Assembly (NCBI RefSeq): GCF_018977255.1
Contig: NW_024704743.1
Location: 59,398,001-59,462,000 of the forward strand
Length of the DNA: 64,000 nucleotides
Origin: Callorhinchus milii
Taxonomy: Eukaryota
Direction: 5' to 3'
The translations under genes and the position numbers were made by a program. Within the stretch, counting starts at the first letter, position 1, and every line of letters starts with the position of its first letter. The notes beneath the pieces were generated by a model, which searched no databases, was not told the DNA's origin, and was given only the letters and a program-made list of their open reading frames with translations. Below are positions 59,452 through 64,000 of this stretch, piece after piece.

Positions 59452-60616
59452 ACAACAACAACTTACACTTATATAGCATCCTTCACAGAGGGAAGCGACT
59501 CAGAGCGCTTAACAGTGGCAGAGCCTGACTCTGAGCCAGGGTGGGGGCGAGGTGACCACGAACACGGTCGAAAAGGAAGGTTTTTAGGCGGGACTTGAAA
59601 AAGGGAAGAAAGGGGGCAAGGAAAAGGGATTGAGGGAGGTTGCAAGGGATAAGGAGGAGGCCGGTGCCAGTCAAGCAGAGGTGGTGGATTGGGGAGTGAG
59701 GAGGTCGGAGAGGTATGGAGGTGTCAGGGAGTGAATGGATTTGAACATGAATGTGAGAATCTTGAAGTTGATCCGTTTTGTGATGGAGAGCCAGTGGAGC
59801 CTGGCCAGAACTGGTGAGATGTGGGTACGGAGTTTGGTCCAGGTCAGTATGTGGGCAGCAGAGTTCTGAATTAGCTGAATTTTTTGAATGGTGGAGCTGG
59901 GGAGACCGGTGAGGAATGTGTTTGAATAATCCAGGCAGGAGGTGGCAAACCCATGCACGAGGGTTTCAGCTGCATTTGGGTAAGGTAAGGTCGGAGGCGG
60001 GCAATGTGGCGGAGGTGGAGGAAGGCGGTCCTGGTTAGGGACCAGATGTGGGGGAGGAAGGACAGCTGGGGGTTGAACCAGACACCTAGATTGAACACTG
60101 GCTTGGCGAGTCTGAGGGAGATCCCAGGGAGGTTGAGGAGTTCAAATCCATAGGAGTGAAGATGTTGACGGGAGCCAAGGAGTATGGCTTCCATCTTGTC
60201 CACATTTAGCTGCAGGAAGTTGGCACTCATCCAGGCCCTGATGTCTGCCAGACAAGCACATCAGTGGACCTGGAGTTGGTACTGGAGGAGGCAAAGTAGA
60301 TTTGTGTGTCATCCGCATACTGGTGGAAGCTTACTCCGTGTCTGTGGATGACATCGCCAGAGGGAGCATATAGATAAGGAAAAGAAGAGGGCCAAGGATG
60401 GAGCCCTGGGGTACCCCACAGGTGACTGGGCGGAGGTGGGAGGAGAAACCATTTGCCGAGATGAAGTGGAGGCGGTTGGTTAAGTATGTGAGTGCGGTTC
60501 CACTTAGGTGGATGAGGGAGGAGAGGCGGTGCAGAAGGATGACGCGGGAAACCGTGTGGAATGCAGCAGAGAGATCCAGGAGGACAAGGAGACAGAGGCT
60601 CACGATCACAGACACC
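59452..60616 (-). mobile_element. Decayed L2 LINE (RT domain to 3' end)
   Basis: LVLLDLSAAFHTV...GVPQGSILGPLLF...YADDTQIY...LHWL spread across several frames (frameshifted). Confidence 0.93.
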
Positions 60617-61565
60617 TAAAAATAAATTGGCAAATTCAGATTTCAAAAGTTAAATTTGGGTGAAAACCATTTTTATCATTAGACTTTCACTGAAAAAAGG
60701 GTTATTTATTAGTGAAAATTGATTTGTTATGTTGCAGAGATCTGATGGTCCAGAATTCTAGCCATTTTGGTCTTCTAGTGCATGCATTTTGGCACCCAAA
60801 GCATTTCACATGATACATTGTAAAGGGGAGAGATTATGTTTTGGGGGCAAACAGAGCAACCAAGTTTGCTTATAAGAGTTCTGATGCATAGCCATGTACA
60901 AGCAACAATCAGGAAAGAAGGGCAGAGCTGGTGAGAAATGAAAACTTCAGAAACAACCAGAAATTAGATGCAGCATGATCAGCAGTCAAGGAAAGAACAA
61001 TTTTTTCCCTCCTTTGCTGATTAAGGTATCTTGCTGCATTGTTTTCTTTACTACTTTCCAGCCTTACACTCTACAGTGGATCACTTGGGATTAGGAAAAG
61101 AGAGTGGAGGAATCATGGACACAAATATGTTTGTTAGCACTCAAAAGCATATTTGTATTGTTAAAAATTGTATACATAGTACATTCATTTGTTGTTCTTC
61201 AGTCTTTAATCTTTTTATTTCCTTTGTGCTTTTTTCAAGTCTCTTCCGAGGTAATAATAAACTTAAAAAATCTCTTTAAAAAAAATTGGTGTCCGCAATT
61301 TCAGTTATATCAGAGTTGTTTATTCATATATTCATAATTAAACTACAAATGAAAATAAATTGTTCAGGGTCTCTCAGTATCCTTGTTCAGTCGTGGTATT
61401 CACTCAGATACTGTCCATATTAATTGAGATTAGTAAAGCATAGGATTTGTGTATGTGAAGCATAGTATTTGTTTATGTGAATAATATATTTTAGTTCTAG
61501 ATCAATAATAAACCAATCAATTTTTTTAAAAATGCTTTTCATCTTAAAATGTTATTGTGTTTCAG

Positions 61566-61692
61566 GTTGAACTCTATGTTGTGATCACTGGCCATGGAAG
61601 TGATGAAAATGGCTGTGGAGAATTCTGTGTCACTTCTCATTATTTTGTAATCAATTCAAAAATTAATAATTCAAAAACATTTGACAATGCTG
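61566..61692 (+). CDS. PNGase F-like gene, exon 10 (PNGase F C-domain): VELYVVITGHGSDENGCGEFCVTSHYFVINSKINNSKTFDNA; gene continues beyond the window
   Basis: Acceptor tgtgtttcag|GTT and donor CTG|gtaaga; 127 nt, phase 0 to 1. Carries the ITGHG....GC.EFC motif of the PNGase F C-terminal domain. No stop codon is reached. Confidence 0.93.
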
Positions 61693-64000
61693 GTAAGAGT
61701 GATACTTATAGCTTTTTGCTATTTTTATCTAACAAATTAACTCATAATTTATTCTGAACACATTATTGACTGGAAGCAATTCTGTATTATGCTTTATATT
61801 AATAGGAAATGAGAATTTAATTTTCTGACTGATGTGAATGTATTTTTTCAGTGGATAGAGAATTTTAAAAAATCACTATAAATTATTGTTTTTTTCCTTT
61901 AAATATATTTTATACTTAGGATTCTCACAAGATTCAATTTTGTTGAGTGGTTGTCTTTGTGGTTAGATCAACAGCAGAGAATAATAGGAAGGAGAAGCTG
62001 GAGGGGGCAAATTGCCATTTGATGTGTCACAAAATGTTATTTATGGAGGTGGAGAAAAGTGCAAACAAAAAAAAACCTGCTTTTATTTCCTCTTTCCTCC
62101 CTTGCCCCATTAATCATCAGTCTTCTTCCCAGGTTGGATTTTCTTATTCACTCTCCAGTTCCATGTTTCATTCATTGCAAGCCCCATCAACCACAATGTC
62201 GCTCACTAAAGCTGGAAATTTTGAAGCTGGTTTGCTGCACTTGTAGATTTGTTTGATGAAATTTTGCAAATAAATTAGTATTGAGCAGCAGCTGTCCAGT
62301 GGAGCTGGGAGATTTCTAAAGGAGGATTGTACAAAGAATTTTAAAGATCACTGCAACAAAAAAAAGATAGGCTCTCTTAAGTCCACTTCACAGTAACATG
62401 CTAATGCGTTTTTAACATTCAGTCTCCCTGACTGGATGGAACCTCTATAGTGAAAAATGTCAGTTCTTCTCTCGCTTTCTCCCCACTGCTTTTCCCTTCC
62501 TTGCCAGCCTCTTCTTACTTGGAAGAAGCAATAGCAGTAGAAGGAGGTGTAAGGAGGTGTTTTGCTTCCAAAATATACAGTCAATTCACTTACAGTATAT
62601 TTTGTGAAGTGCTTTGAGACATCCTGAAGAGATGATAAGGCGCTATATCAAATGCAAGGATTATTATTATTACGACAATCTCTGGAGCATCGTCCTGCAG
62701 CGGATTCAGCATAGGTAGTGAACAGTAAGAGAAGATAGCATTAGAACCAGTGAGCTGGATGACAAGGAGCTGGGCTTGGCTGCATAAAGCTGGTACTTAA
62801 CTGATTTGAGTTGAAGAAACTGGGGCTTGACCGAATCAGGTTGGAAGTTGCGCTAGGGTGAACTTGGTTAGGAGAAGTTGGGGTTTGGCTGCGTCTGGTT
62901 AAGAGTTTATAGCAGTTTCCAGGGCACTTGTTTTTTTTTGTACTTCTAATTAGTTTAGGCTCCTAACTAATCAGAAGCATAGAAACAAGTGTTCCTTTTT
63001 CCAGATTAGTTGGTTTTATTACCCAAAATTGAACAGAAAAATTATAAGTAGTCAGATTGAAATGACCAGGGGAACAATAAGCAATGTTACAAGAACATAG
63101 AGCTGTTCAGCAAATGCTTCTTGGCACAACGTGTTGCTTGCAGATGTTAAATTCTGTGCTTAACAGTCTATCAGAATTTAATAGTAATTTGCAAATAGAT
63201 AAACAAAGTTCCAGGTTTGGGAGAAGAATAAAATGGATGCTTCAGAGACCTAAGACTATAATACGACAGCTGAATTTATTTTAATTGGAGAAAGAACAAG
63301 TGTGCTGGGCAAGTAACATAATTCAGTTTTTTTAAAATGCTCAGAGCTATGGATGATGTAAAGGTAATCAAGCAATTTCTCTTGAATATTGCAGAACCAT
63401 GTTTAAAATTAACATTCCTCAAGTGTTACTAGATTTTATTTTCCCCACAGAGAGCAGCTAATGTGCAACAGAACAGTAATGAAACGAGTTGATGCTTCAT
63501 CAGTTAACTCCTAGAGTTTTGTGTCAGCAAATAATATATTGTTATTATTTTCAAAATATTCTCCAACAAGATACTTCTGTTAAAACTGAAGATTCTGTAC
63601 ACATTTTATTTTCTTCCAAATTCTTAACAATACAATTAAACAAAATAAGGCTCAACTAAAATGTTTGCAGGCTAAAGATTTCTAGCTTTTCAGGAGCATC
63701 AGGCAAACCTGCATGCTGAACTAAATTAAAGAAATATCAGCTTTCTGCTGCTGAGTTTCAGTTAATTAATGATGAGTACAGCTCCATCTTGAATACACTT
63801 GGACCCGGTTATACTGTAATGCTTTGGTATAATGTGAGTCTGTATATAGCATAGGTGCATTGTTGACTCTTCAATATACTTGAAGCGCAGTGCACTTTTG
63901 GTGCGTTAGCACTCAGAAGCAGAAAGCCTTCCAGCACTCCAATAACTATTGGAAACACTTGTGGTTGATGCCTAAGTACGCACATGCACAGTGTGGTTCA

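Overview
Repeat-rich vertebrate genomic DNA. The DeuSINE, L2 and CR1 content and the peptide sequences point to a cartilaginous fish, probably a holocephalan; this is inference. The window holds two intron-containing genes arranged head to head. (1) Minus strand, about 9100 to <1: a tachykinin precursor, most like gamma-type TAC1. It has a TATA/CRE/AP-1 promoter, a signal-peptide exon, a substance P exon encoding KPRPEQFFGLM-GRR and a 24-nt GSKPLTRK(R) exon. The neurokinin A exon was not found and is presumably beyond position 1. (2) Plus strand, 15266 to >64000: ten phase-compatible coding exons (2170 nt, 3' incomplete) for a secreted or lysosomal PNGase F-type peptide:N-glycanase. Its order is signal peptide, 12.7 copies of a PDRPGGPP minisatellite, redoxin-like domain, PA domain, then PNGase F N- and C-domains. 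Introns and intergenic DNA hold tRNA-Ala-headed DeuSINEs, older SacSINE1-like SINEs, many 5'-truncated L2 LINEs, CR1 remnants, a Penelope-type hammerhead remnant and several fold-back structures. Most ORFs in the supplied track are spurious or repeat-derived. All translations, alignments and family assignments were done by eye and from memory; no searches were run.
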